NCBI RefSeq assembly: GCF_902713755.1
Contig: NZ_LR744089.1
Strand: one strand, 5' to 3'
DNA length: 32,000 nt
From: Candidatus Saccharimonadota bacterium
Lineage (GTDB): Bacteria > Pseudomonadota > Gammaproteobacteria > Johnevansiales > Johnevansiaceae
A model generated the notes under the pieces. That model was not told the origin of the DNA and did not search any database. It saw only the letters and a list, made by a program, of their open reading frames with translations. Shown here piece after piece: positions 1 to 11,025 of the stretch (position 1 is the first letter of the stretch; every line of letters begins with the position of its first letter). Both the position numbers and the translations under genes were made by a program.

Positions 1-1037
<1,037 letters not shown>

Positions 1038-1111
1038 TATCCTTTTTTGGTCTTTATTATATGAAGAACCAAGTACCTACTTTAAATAGATATCTTTTAA
1101 TTAATTAATTA

Positions 1112-1140
1112 ATTATATTAAATCTATTTTTTTTTGTCAA
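1112..1140 (-). promoter_or_regulatory. Putative sigma70 promoter for rrs: TTGACA - 17 nt - TATAAT
   Basis: The minus strand reads TTGACA (1140..1135), a 17-nt spacer, then TATAAT (1117..1112), about 75 nt upstream of the mature 16S 5' end. The tract upstream is A/T-rich. The -35 hexamer contains the trpS stop codon TGA (1139..1137). -10-like hexamers are frequent by chance in AT-rich DNA. A perfect -35 at exactly 17 nt is much less so. Confidence 0.55.
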
Positions 1141-2108
1141 ATTATATTATTTTTTAATTCAGATATTCTTAGTTTTGCTTTATATCGTGCTATATCTTCT
1201 CCTTTTTTAAGTATTTTATTAATATATGTATAATCTTTTAAAAGTCTTAAATAAATATCTCTTGGAGAACGTAGTGATTCATTAATATAATCAAAAACTA
1301 TTTTTTTTACTTCACTCCAACTTATACCTTCATTATATCTATTTTTTAAACAATAAATTTCTTCTTTATTTGCAAATGCTGAGAATATTTTAAATAAAGT
1401 ACAATTTTTTATATCTTTAGGATCACTTACTTTAGTTGAATTAGTTTTTATTTTACGAATCATATTATATAATGTTTTTTCTGTACAAAATAAAGGAATA
1501 GTATTACCATAACTTTTAGACATTTTTCTTCCATCTAAACCATTTATAATTTTATTTCTTTTATCTAATTTTATTTTTGGTAAAACAAAATATTTTCCAT
1601 ACATACTATTAAATTTTAAAGCAATATCTCTTGTGATTTCTATATGTTGAATTTGATCTTTTCCTACTAAAACAAAATTTGCATTAAATAATAAAATATC
1701 AGCCGCCATAAGTAAAGGATAACTATATAACCCCATATTAATATTATTTTTGCCATTTATTAATAATGACCGATAAGCGTGAGCTCTATTTAATAAACCT
1801 TTGTAACAAATACAACATAAAAACCACATTAATTCAGTAATTTCTGGTATAGATGATTGACAATATAATATTACTTGATTTGGATCTAATCCAATTGCTA
1901 ACCAAGCTGCTAACATTTCTAATCTATAACGTTTTATTTTTTTAGGATTTTTTAATTTTATTAAAGCATGTAAATCCGCAATAAAACAATATGTTTTTAT
2001 ATTTATATTTCTACTAACCTCAATTGTCGGCCGCAATGCTCCAATATAATTTCCAATATGAGGAGCTCCATTAGGAGTAATCCCACTAATTACACTAATT
2101 GTATTCAT
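1137..2108 (-). CDS. trpS: Tryptophan--tRNA ligase
   Basis: 323-aa ORF with class I aaRS motifs: HIGH-like [10 protein letters not shown] and KMSKS ([10 protein letters not shown]). Length and layout match TrpRS. The ATG overlaps the rpmG stop (ATGA). Confidence 0.93.
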   Translation of the reverse strand: MNTISVISGITPNGAPHIGNYIGALRPTIEVSRNINIKTYCFIADLHALIKLKNPKKIKRYRLEMLAAWLAIGLDPNQVILYCQSSIPEITELMWFLCCICYKGLLNRAHAYRSLLINGKNNINMGLYSYPLLMAADILLFNANFVLVGKDQIQHIEITRDIALKFNSMYGKYFVLPKIKLDKRNKIINGLDGRKMSKSYGNTIPLFCTEKTLYNMIRKIKTNSTKVSDPKDIKNCTLFKIFSAFANKEEIYCLKNRYNEGISWSEVKKIVFDYINESLRSPRDIYLRLLKDYTYINKILKKGEDIARYKAKLRISELKNNII

Positions 2109-2254
2109 TTAGATTCACGATAAACTACATGTTTGCGTATTATTGGATCATATTTTTTTAATTCTAATTTTTTCGGATTATTTCTTTTATTTTTATAAGT
2201 TGAATAACAATGACCTGTACCTTTAGTGGAAACTAACTTTATTTTCTTTTTCAC
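2105..2254 (-). CDS. rpmG: 50S ribosomal protein L33 (not in ORF track, below 60 aa)
   Basis: Hand translation gives (GTG)[49 protein letters not shown], 49 aa. This matches the L33 pattern (KIKLVS..GTGH.Y.T.KN.R..P.KLEL.K.DP..R.HV.Y.E.K). GGAG at 2266..2263 lies 8 nt upstream of the GTG. It is immediately downstream of rpmB, as in the conserved rpmBG operon. Confidence 0.85.
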   Translation of the reverse strand: MKKKIKLVSTKGTGHCYSTYKNKRNNPKKLELKKYDPIIRKHVVYRESK

Positions 2255-2278
2255 AACCAATTCTCCAATATCATCTTT

Positions 2279-2494
2279 TTATTTTTTTTTTAATATTTTT
2301 TCTATACCATATTTATCTATTATACGCATACCTTTAGTAGAAATGCGTAATTTTATATACCGTTTCTCATTCTTTATCCAAAATCGATGTTTTTGTAAAT
2401 TTGGCATAAATCTTCTACGTGTTTTCCTATTTGAATGAGAAACATTATTACCTTGAATTGGCTTTTTATAAGTTACTTGACATCTTTTAGCCAT
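2279..2494 (-). CDS. rpmB: 50S ribosomal protein L28
   Basis: 71-aa [42 protein letters not shown]..., colinear with L28 (CQVTGK.P..GNN.SH....KRRF.PNL..HRFW). Confidence 0.93.
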   Translation of the reverse strand: MAKRCQVTYKKPIQGNNVSHSNRKTRRRFMPNLQKHRFWIKNEKRYIKLRISTKGMRIIDKYGIEKILKKK

Positions 2495-2503
2495 TTTAAT
2501 TCC

Positions 2504-3346
2504 TTATCTTGACATATTAATATAATTTTTAATTTTTTTTATTGCACTTTTTTCTAATTGACGAATCCTTTCAGCTGATACCCCATATATATCAGCTAAT
2601 TCATGTAAAGTTGTTTTTTTTTTATTCAACCAACGTTGCTTTAAAATATCTCTTACACGTTCATCAAGTTTATTTAAAGCTACATATAACCGTCTAGAGG
2701 CATATCTTTCAAAATCATATTTTTCTAATTGAATAGCAGGATCAAATCTTGAATCTTCAATATAATTAGAAGGATTTTGATATTTATTTTTTTCTTCATC
2801 TTCAACATGATTATTATCAAATCCATAATCGTGTGACGATAATCTACCTTCCATTTCTCTAACTACATTAGGATTAACATTAAGATCATTAGCTATTGCT
2901 TTGATTTCATCATTATTTAACCAATTAAAACGTTTTTTAGCACTTCTTAAATTAAAAAATAATTTCCTTTGAGATTTCGTAGTAGCTACTTTTATAATTC
3001 TCCAATTTCTTAAAACATATTCATGTATTTCAGCTTTAATCCAATGTATAGCAAAAGAAACTAAACGAACACCATGAGCAGGATCAAATCGTTTTACTGC
3101 TTTCATTAACCCTACATTACCTTCTTGAATAATATCAGATTTCGGTAATCCATATCCTGAATAACTACGAGCAATATGAACTACAAAACGTAAATTAGAC
3201 ATTACTAAACAACGAGCTGCTTCTAAATCTCCTTTCTTTCTTAATCTTATCGCTAAATCATGTTCTTCTTTAGCCGAAAGTAAAGGAATACCTATAACTG
3301 TTTGAATATAACCATTTATATTATTTTCTGGATAAATTTTTATCAT
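2504..3346 (-). CDS. rpoH: RNA polymerase sigma-32 (heat-shock sigma factor)
   Basis: 280 aa with sigma70-family regions 2 and 4 plus the diagnostic RpoH box (TTKSQRKLFFNLRSAKKRF). Confidence 0.92.
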   Translation of the reverse strand: MIKIYPENNINGYIQTVIGIPLLSAKEEHDLAIRLRKKGDLEAARCLVMSNLRFVVHIARSYSGYGLPKSDIIQEGNVGLMKAVKRFDPAHGVRLVSFAIHWIKAEIHEYVLRNWRIIKVATTKSQRKLFFNLRSAKKRFNWLNNDEIKAIANDLNVNPNVVREMEGRLSSHDYGFDNNHVEDEEKNKYQNPSNYIEDSRFDPAIQLEKYDFERYASRRLYVALNKLDERVRDILKQRWLNKKKTTLHELADIYGVSAERIRQLEKSAIKKIKNYINMSR

Positions 3347-3390
3347 AGCCTACTCATATTTTTTCTAATAGTTGAAATTATATCATAAAT

Positions 3391-3966
3391 ATGATTAATT
3401 ATTTTAATATGATTAGATTAATTGGTGGTTGTAAACAACGTAGTATACTTAACTTTCCATCTACAATTCTTCCTGGTATTAGACCTACTTTAATTAATGT
3501 GCGAGAAACTTTATTTAATTGGATTACAAATAATATAAAAAATAAAAATATTTTAGATTTATATTCTGGTAGTGGATCACTAGGATTTGAATCTCTATCT
3601 AGAGGTGCAAAACATGTAGTTTTTCTTGAAAAAAATAAAGATTTAGTTAATTTTTTATACATTAATAAAAACAAACTAAATCTTTTTAATTCTGTTAAAA
3701 TTATAAAAACTAATTCTATTAATTACATTAATAATTTTGCCTTTCAATCATTTGATATAGTTTTTATAGATCCACCTTTTTATAAAGGTTTAGTATACCC
3801 TAGCTGTAACTTATTAGAATCAAACGGTTGGCTTAATGATAATTCCTTTATATATTTAGAAGTAGAATCTAATTTAGATCTCTTCTTTTTACCTATTACA
3901 TGGATCTTATATAAAGAACTTTCTTTTGGTAAATCTCATATACTTCTTTATCGTCGTTTTTCATAG
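3391..3966 (+). CDS. rsmD: 16S rRNA (guanine966-N2)-methyltransferase
   Basis: 191 aa with IRLIGG...RPT...VRETLFNW, the SAM motif LDLYSGSGSLGFESLSRGA and the DPPF motif (FIDPPF). It is divergent from rpoH, matching the enterobacterial rsmD / ftsYEX-rpoH neighbourhood. The start could instead be the internal ATG at 3409. Confidence 0.85.
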   Translation: MINYFNMIRLIGGCKQRSILNFPSTILPGIRPTLINVRETLFNWITNNIKNKNILDLYSGSGSLGFESLSRGAKHVVFLEKNKDLVNFLYINKNKLNLFNSVKIIKTNSINYINNFAFQSFDIVFIDPPFYKGLVYPSCNLLESNGWLNDNSFIYLEVESNLDLFFLPITWILYKELSFGKSHILLYRRFS

Positions 3967-5451
3967 TTTAAGACTACGCATCAAAGGAAAAAACAATACA
4001 TCTCGAATTGAATCTTTATTTGTAAGTATCATAATAAGACGATCAATACCTATTCCTTCACCAGCTGTAGGAGGCATTCCATATTCTAATGCACGTATAT
4101 AATCATTATCATAATAAATCATATCCTTAATATCTTTTTTTTTCATTTGTAATTTAAATCTTTTAGATTGTTCTATATAATCATTTAATTCAGAAAACCC
4201 ATTAGCTATTTCTCTACCCCCTATAAATAATTCAAATCTTTCTGTTATCTTTGGATTTTTATCTTTACTTCTCGCTAAAGGACTAACTTCAACAGGATAT
4301 TCAGTAATAAACGTTGGTTTTATTAATTTTCGTTCTACAATTACTTCAAATATTTTATTAAGCAATAAACCATAATTCTTATTATTATCTACAATAATTC
4401 CAATCCGTTTAGATAAATAAAGCAATTTTTCTAAATTATCCAAATCAGAGTTAATAATTGAAAATTTTTTACCATACTTTATTATAGATTCTCGCATACT
4501 TAAACAATCAAAAGGTTCTGATAAATCAATATTTATTTTTTTTCCTATATTAATTTTAGTTGTACCTAACGTTTCATTAGCGACAAATCTAATCATATTT
4601 TCTGTAATTCCCATTAAATCATTATAATCTGCAAAAGCCCAATAAAACTCTAACATAGTAAATTCAGGATTATGCCAAGTTGACATACCTTCATTACGAA
4701 AATTTTTATTAATTTCAAATACACGTTCAAAACCACCAATTACCAAACGCTTTAAATAAAGTTCTGGCGCGATACGTAAATACATTTTTAAATTTAATGA
4801 ATTATTATAAGTTACAAATGGTTTTGCTAATGCTCCCCCTGGAATTGAATGTAATATAGGAGTCTCTACTTCCAGAAAATCAAGTTCATTTAAAAATTTT
4901 CTAATAGACGATATAACGCGTGTCCGTATATTAAATATTTCACGTACTTCTTTATTCATAATTAAATCTAAATATCTAAAACGATATCTAATTTCTTGAT
5001 CTTTTATACCATGAAATTTATCTGGTAAAGGCCTTATACTTTTAGTTAATATATAAGCTTCTTTTACTAATAAATAAAGTTCACCTTTCTTAGATTTATT
5101 AATTACCCCTATTGCTCCAATAATATCACCAATATCCCAATCTTTAATATTTTTATGCAATTCATTAGAAATTATTTTTTTATCTATATAAAGCTGAATA
5201 TTACTACTTACATCTTGTATAACTATAAAAGGCCCCCTTTTACGCATAATACGTCCTGCTACTGATGTTGTATATTTTAATTTTACTAATTCTTCTTTTT
5301 TCTTTTCTCCAAACTTTTTTTTCAAATTAATTGATATGCTATCCCGACGAAAATCATTAGGAAATGCACTTTTTCCATTTTTTTTCGCTTTGGCACGTAA
5401 TACCTTTAGCTTATCAAAACGTTCTTTTATTAAATAATTTTTTATAATCAT
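3961..5451 (-). CDS. lysS: Lysine--tRNA ligase (class II)
   Basis: 496 aa with an N-terminal OB anticodon-binding domain and class II motifs (NFRNEGMSTWHNPEFTMLEFYWAF; GEGIGIDRLIMIL). It directly abuts prfB (TAA ATG), as in the conserved prfB-lysS operon. Confidence 0.95.
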   Translation of the reverse strand: MIIKNYLIKERFDKLKVLRAKAKKNGKSAFPNDFRRDSISINLKKKFGEKKKEELVKLKYTTSVAGRIMRKRGPFIVIQDVSSNIQLYIDKKIISNELHKNIKDWDIGDIIGAIGVINKSKKGELYLLVKEAYILTKSIRPLPDKFHGIKDQEIRYRFRYLDLIMNKEVREIFNIRTRVISSIRKFLNELDFLEVETPILHSIPGGALAKPFVTYNNSLNLKMYLRIAPELYLKRLVIGGFERVFEINKNFRNEGMSTWHNPEFTMLEFYWAFADYNDLMGITENMIRFVANETLGTTKINIGKKINIDLSEPFDCLSMRESIIKYGKKFSIINSDLDNLEKLLYLSKRIGIIVDNNKNYGLLLNKIFEVIVERKLIKPTFITEYPVEVSPLARSKDKNPKITERFELFIGGREIANGFSELNDYIEQSKRFKLQMKKKDIKDMIYYDNDYIRALEYGMPPTAGEGIGIDRLIMILTNKDSIRDVLFFPLMRSLKL

Positions 5452-6466
5452 TTATAATCCTTGCTTAAGACTTGCCTCTATAAATAAATCTAAATCACCA
5501 TTTAATACTTTTTCACAATTATTATTTTTTATTCCGGTACGTAAATCTTTAATTCTCTGAGCATCTAATACATATGATCTGATTTGATTACCCCAGCAGA
5601 TCCCTGCTTTATTTTTTTCTATTTTATTTTTTTCATTTTCCCTTTTCTGTTTTTCAAAAGCATATATTTTTGTTTTTAACATTTTCATTGCACGTTCTTT
5701 ATTACTGTGTTGAGATCTTTCTGTTTGACATTCAACAACTATATTTGTAGGTATATGAGTAATTCTAACAGCAGAATCAGTAGTATTTACATGTTGTCCA
5801 CCTGCTCCACTAGATCTATAAGTATCTATTCTTAAATCAACTGAATTAATTTTTATATTTAAATCTTTTTCAATTTCTGGATAAATAAATACTGATGCAA
5901 ATGAAGTATGACGACGTTTACTTGAATCAAAAGGACTTTTACGTACTAAACGATGAATTCCTTTTTCTGTGCGTAACCATCCAAATGCATATTCCCCTTT
6001 TATATGAATAGTTGCAGATTTTATGCCAGCTATTTCACCTATATTTAAATTTACTATTTCTGTTTTTAAATTATGACTTAAAGCCCATCTTAAATACATA
6101 CGTAATAACATATTTGACCAGTCTTGTGATTCTATACCACCAGAACCCGATTGAATTTCTACATAAGCATTATTTCTATCCATTTTGCCTGAAAATATAC
6201 GAACACATTCTAATTTTGATAATTCTTTTTCTAATCTTATTATTTCTTCTTTTATTAAACTTAACGTTTTTTCATCTGATTCCATTATAGCTAACTGTAA
6301 TAACTCAGTATTATTCAATATTTCCTTATTAATTTTTTTTATAACATTTTTTTTAATTTTGTTTATATATAATTTATATTCATCAAAAATAATCCTTAAT
6401 TTTAGAAAAACTGTCATATAAAATTTTTATTTTAATTTTTATTATTTGTATATTATTATTCATCAT
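5452..6466 (-). CDS. prfB: Peptide chain release factor 2, requires a programmed +1 ribosomal frameshift at 6386/6385
   Basis: The main ORF (5452-6417) carries the SPF-type and GGQ motifs ([26 protein letters not shown]). A short frame-0 leader starts at ATG ATG (6466..6461), encodes [27 protein letters not shown] and ends at an in-frame TGA (6385..6383). A +1 shift continues as DEYKLYINK... in the main frame. This parallels E. coli ...LRGYL*DYDAKK. Confidence 0.9.
6383..6398 (-). promoter_or_regulatory. prfB autoregulatory +1 frameshift cassette: TAAGGA-T-TAT-TTT-TGA-T
   Basis: The minus strand 6398..6382 reads TAAGGATTATTTTTGAT. An SD-like TAAGGA sits a few nt before the slippery TTT, which is followed by TGA. 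TTT_T allows perfect re-pairing of P-site tRNA-Phe in the +1 frame. The layout mirrors E. coli AGGGGG-TAT-CTT-TGA-C. Confidence 0.8.
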
Positions 6467-6475
6467 AATAAAATC

Positions 6476-6576
6476 CTACATTACACTACATTACACTACA
6501 TTACACTACATTACACTACATTACACTACATTACACTACATTACACTACATTACACTACATTACACTACATTACAC
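6476..6576. repeat. Tandem repeat, 10-bp unit TTACACTACA, about 10 copies (9 perfect copies at 6481-6570)
   Basis: Read directly from the sequence. It fills essentially the whole thrC-prfB junction and overlaps the last codons and stop of thrC. Confidence 0.98.
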
Positions 6577-7943
6577 ATATAACTATGCACCTTATTAATA
6601 TTAGCAGGTAATATACAATATCTCTCTTCTTTTTTTAATAATTCTTTAATTGAATTAGGTACTTGTATTTCAATTCCAGCTTTTATAATTGTATCATAAA
6701 ATTTCGCAGGATGAGCTGTAGCCATAGTTATCATAGGTATTTCTGGATAATTATTACATCTTTCTGCCGCCATTAAACCAATAGCTGTATGCGGATCCAC
6801 GATAATTCCATTACGTTTATAAATATCACTTATAACAGATAAAATAGTTTTATCATTTACACTTGTACTATAAAATAAATTTCTTAATTTATTTAAAGGC
6901 TTTTCGTCTATTATAGTATAATTTTCCTTATTAAATTTATTAAATAAATTTTTAATAGCATTTGAATTTTTATTATAAGCATAAAATAATAAACGTTCAA
7001 AATTAGAAGAAACAACTATATCCATAGCTGGCGCTATAGTATTAACTAATTCCCTTCTAGAAAAATCATTATACTCTATTATACGATGAAGTATATTATT
7101 AACGTTAGTTGCAATTACTAATTGCCTAATAGGTAATCCCATTTTATAAGCTATATATCCTGCAAAAATATTTCCAAAATTTGCTGATGGTACACTAAAA
7201 CTTATTTCCCTGTATGGCGCACCAACTGAAATTGCTGCAACTATATAATATACTGTTTGTGCTAAAATACGTGCCCAATTTATTGAGTTTATAGCAATTA
7301 ACCTTCTTCCTTTAATAAAACAACTTTTATTAAAACTTTCTTTAACTATTGCCTGTGCCTCATCAAAATTTCCTTTTATAGCTATATTATGTATATTATC
7401 TTTTTTTACTGTAGTCATCTGTCTTCTTTGTATTTCCGATATCATTTTATTAGGATGTAAAATGAATATTTCTAAATTCTTACAATCACAAAAACCTGAA
7501 ATAGCAGCTGATCCTGTATCTCCTGAAGTTGCACCCATAATAACTGCTTTTTCACCACGTTTTTTTAAAAAATAATCAATTAAATTACCCATTAATTGTA
7601 AAGCTATATCTTTAAATGCTAATGTAGGACCATTAAATAATTCTAATAAAAATTGATTTTTACCTATTTGCTTTATTGGCACTATCGCATCATTACTAAA
7701 CCTTGTATAACTTTTTTTTATTAAATCTTTTAACGGTTTATCATCAATATCATCAATAAAAAGACGCATTATACGAAATGCTGATTCAGCATATGAACAA
7801 TTATTTAATTCTATTAAATCTTTCTGCGAAAATTTAGGTATTCTTTCTGGAACATACAAACCACCATCACTAGCTAAACCAGTCATTACTGTTTCTTCAA
7901 AAGAAAGTACAGGGGCGCAACCGCGAGTACTAATGTAACGCAT
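6561..7943 (-). CDS. thrC: Threonine synthase
   Basis: 460 aa with N-terminus MRYISTRG...LASDGGLYVP and the PLP-lysine motif GPTLAFKDIALQ. It is the long ThrC type. The last codons (C-N-V-V-stop) lie in the 10-bp repeat. Confidence 0.93.
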   Translation of the reverse strand: MRYISTRGCAPVLSFEETVMTGLASDGGLYVPERIPKFSQKDLIELNNCSYAESAFRIMRLFIDDIDDKPLKDLIKKSYTRFSNDAIVPIKQIGKNQFLLELFNGPTLAFKDIALQLMGNLIDYFLKKRGEKAVIMGATSGDTGSAAISGFCDCKNLEIFILHPNKMISEIQRRQMTTVKKDNIHNIAIKGNFDEAQAIVKESFNKSCFIKGRRLIAINSINWARILAQTVYYIVAAISVGAPYREISFSVPSANFGNIFAGYIAYKMGLPIRQLVIATNVNNILHRIIEYNDFSRRELVNTIAPAMDIVVSSNFERLLFYAYNKNSNAIKNLFNKFNKENYTIIDEKPLNKLRNLFYSTSVNDKTILSVISDIYKRNGIIVDPHTAIGLMAAERCNNYPEIPMITMATAHPAKFYDTIIKAGIEIQVPNSIKELLKKEERYCILPANINKVHSYMCNVV

Positions 7944-7970
7944 TCTTTACCATCCATTTTTTCATCAAAA

Positions 7971-9251
7971 TTAAAATTTTTCAACCCTAATTCTAGTTAT
8001 ATGTCCTAATATCCCATTTGTAGATTCTATTTTACCTATAGCTAAATTCATATTTGATTCTTTTGTACTATAAGTTGTTATAATAATAACAATTGAACTT
8101 ACCGTTTTTTTTTGTATTAAATGCTTAATTCTAATTCCTTGTTTATAAAAAATATTTGCTACCTGTCCTATCATATTAAAACTAATAAGCATAAATCTCA
8201 AATAATATTCTGTAATAATTTGATCTATTGGTAAAATAGGTAAGTTTTCCATATTACTAAAAGCTAAATAAGGAGTACGATAATTATGTTCTGTAAAACT
8301 ATCTCTAGTTACATCTAATAAATCTGATACTATAGCCGAAGCTGTTGGTTCTGAACCTGCCCCTATACCATAATATAATGTCGATCCTACCGCATCACCA
8401 TTGATTTCTATTGCGTTTTTTACTCCATTTACATTAGCTATTAATCTTTTTTTTGGTATCAACACAGGATGTACTCTTAATTCTATTCCCTTTTTAGTAC
8501 GTTTAGAAATACCTAAATGTTTTATATTATATCCTAATTTATCTGCTTGTTTTACATCTTCTATAGTTATACATTTAATACCTTCAATATAAATTTTTTC
8601 AAATTGTAAAGGAATACCATAAGCTATAGACGCTAAAATTGTTAATTTATGTGCAGTATCAATCCCTTCTATATCTAATGTTGGATCTTCTTCCGCATAT
8701 CCTAATAATTTAGCTTTATTTAGTATTTCTTCACAAGATATCCCCTTTTTCATGTTTGAAAGTATATAATTTACTGTACCATTAATAATTCCAGCGATAC
8801 TATTAATACGATTGGCACACAATCCCTCACGTAAAGATTTAATTATAGGTATCCCTCCTGCTACTGCTGCCTCAAAAGCTACCATTACCCCTCTTTTTTC
8901 AGCAGCACAAAAAATTTCTTTCCCATGTATTGCAATCATTGCTTTATTAGCTGTAACAACATGTTTTTTATTATTAATAGCTTCTAATACAAGCTTCCTA
9001 GCTACCTTACACCCCCCAATTAATTCCACTACTACATCAACATTAGGATTACGTACCACTTCAAAAATATTTTTCGTTACCTTAATACCTGTTAAATTAC
9101 AAATTGGATTATCACTACGTGTACCTATCTGTTCTATTATAATTGGACGACCTATTCTACGAAATATTTCATTATAATTTCTTTTTAATATATTAAATGT
9201 CCCTCCACCTACAGTTCCTAAACCACAAATACCTATTCGTATCAATTTCAT
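7971..9251 (-). CDS. hom: Homoserine dehydrogenase (monofunctional, with C-terminal ACT-like domain)
   Basis: 426 aa with the N-terminal NAD(P) fold IGICGLGTVGGG and a central catalytic domain (VVTANKA, GIINGTVNYIL). It sits upstream of thrC, the hom-thrC arrangement seen in Pseudomonas and Halomonas. Confidence 0.9.
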   Translation of the reverse strand: MKLIRIGICGLGTVGGGTFNILKRNYNEIFRRIGRPIIIEQIGTRSDNPICNLTGIKVTKNIFEVVRNPNVDVVVELIGGCKVARKLVLEAINNKKHVVTANKAMIAIHGKEIFCAAEKRGVMVAFEAAVAGGIPIIKSLREGLCANRINSIAGIINGTVNYILSNMKKGISCEEILNKAKLLGYAEEDPTLDIEGIDTAHKLTILASIAYGIPLQFEKIYIEGIKCITIEDVKQADKLGYNIKHLGISKRTKKGIELRVHPVLIPKKRLIANVNGVKNAIEINGDAVGSTLYYGIGAGSEPTASAIVSDLLDVTRDSFTEHNYRTPYLAFSNMENLPILPIDQIITEYYLRFMLISFNMIGQVANIFYKQGIRIKHLIQKKTVSSIVIIITTYSTKESNMNLAIGKIESTNGILGHITRIRVEKF

Positions 9252-9264
9252 ATTCCCCCAAATC

Positions 9265-9621
9265 TTAACTTATTTTTTCTTTAATACGTGCCGCTTTACC
9301 TTTACGATCACGAAGATAGTAAAGTTTAGATTTCCGAACATCACCTTTACGATTAATTTTTATACTAAATATACTTGTACTATAAGTATTAAATGTGCGT
9401 TCTATACCTATTCCATTAGTTATTTTACGTACTGTAAAAGAAGAATTTAAACCCCTATTACGCTTACCAATAACTATTCCTTCAAAAGCTTGTAATCTTT
9501 CAATTGAACCTTCAATAACCTTTACTTGTACTATAACTGTATCTCCATTTCTAAATTTTGTAATTCTTTTATTTTTCATTTGTTCTAATTCTATTGCTTG
9601 AATCAATTTATTCATACTCAT
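9265..9621 (-). CDS. rplS: 50S ribosomal protein L19
   Basis: 118 aa, ...[45 protein letters not shown]..., colinear with L19. Confidence 0.95.
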   Translation of the reverse strand: MSMNKLIQAIELEQMKNKRITKFRNGDTVIVQVKVIEGSIERLQAFEGIVIGKRNRGLNSSFTVRKITNGIGIERTFNTYSTSIFSIKINRKGDVRKSKLYYLRDRKGKAARIKEKIS

Positions 9622-9738
9622 ATTCCTTAAATCTTATCTATTCTTATCTATAAAAGGTTTTATATTTACATTACAAACCTTCCCTATATATTTTTTAAAA
9701 TACCAACTTATATGTAACTAAACGTATGCGCTTATTAG

Positions 9739-9978
9739 CTATTTATATTTCTTATTTTTTTTTAATAACGATAAAACCCTATCAGAAATTTTTGCCCCTT
9801 TATTTTTCCAATAATATAATCTAATACTATTAATACTAAATCTTTTTTCACCTATAGGATTAAAATATCCTAGTTTTTCAATAAACTTTCCATCACGTGA
9901 CCTTCTAGAATCTTTAACATAAATCTGATAAAATGGCCTATTTTTACAACCACACCGCGCCATCCGTATTTTAACCAT
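9739..9978 (-). CDS. rpsP: 30S ribosomal protein S16
   Basis: MVKIRMARCGCKNRPFYQIYVKDSRRSRDGKFIEKLGYFNP matches the S16 N-terminus. I place the start at the ATG giving MVKIR (9978) rather than at the ORF-track start 9990. Confidence 0.93.
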   Translation of the reverse strand: MVKIRMARCGCKNRPFYQIYVKDSRRSRDGKFIEKLGYFNPIGEKRFSINSIRLYYWKNKGAKISDRVLSLLKKNKKYK

Positions 9979-9995
9979 AACACACTCCATACTTA

Positions 9996-11018
<1,023 letters not shown>

Positions 11019-11025
11019 TTACCTT

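Noticed and set aside
1137-1139. Alternative genetic code (UGA = Trp), as in some tiny symbiont genomes
   Set aside because: TGA terminates trpS, rpmG, ileS, lysS and rplX at positions matching homologue lengths. Trp is encoded by TGG. prfB (the UGA-specific RF2) is intact with a UGA-dependent frameshift.
3961-3966. Convergent 6-bp overlap of the rsmD and lysS stop codons (TCATAG), and other short overlaps (ATGA/TAATG) between adjacent genes
   Set aside because: This is the expected consequence of genome compaction. There is no evidence of a specific regulatory role beyond possible translational coupling.
6476-6576. Possible CRISPR array
   Set aside because: The units are contiguous 10-mers with no spacers, no palindromic repeat structure and no cas genes nearby. 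This is a simple tandem repeat.
9622-9738. 117-bp rpsP-rplS spacer and 132-bp ileS-lspA region examined for tRNA or small RNA genes
   Set aside because: There are no GC-containing acceptor or T-arm-like stems and no conserved tRNA boxes. The second region is explained by the lspA N-terminal remnant.
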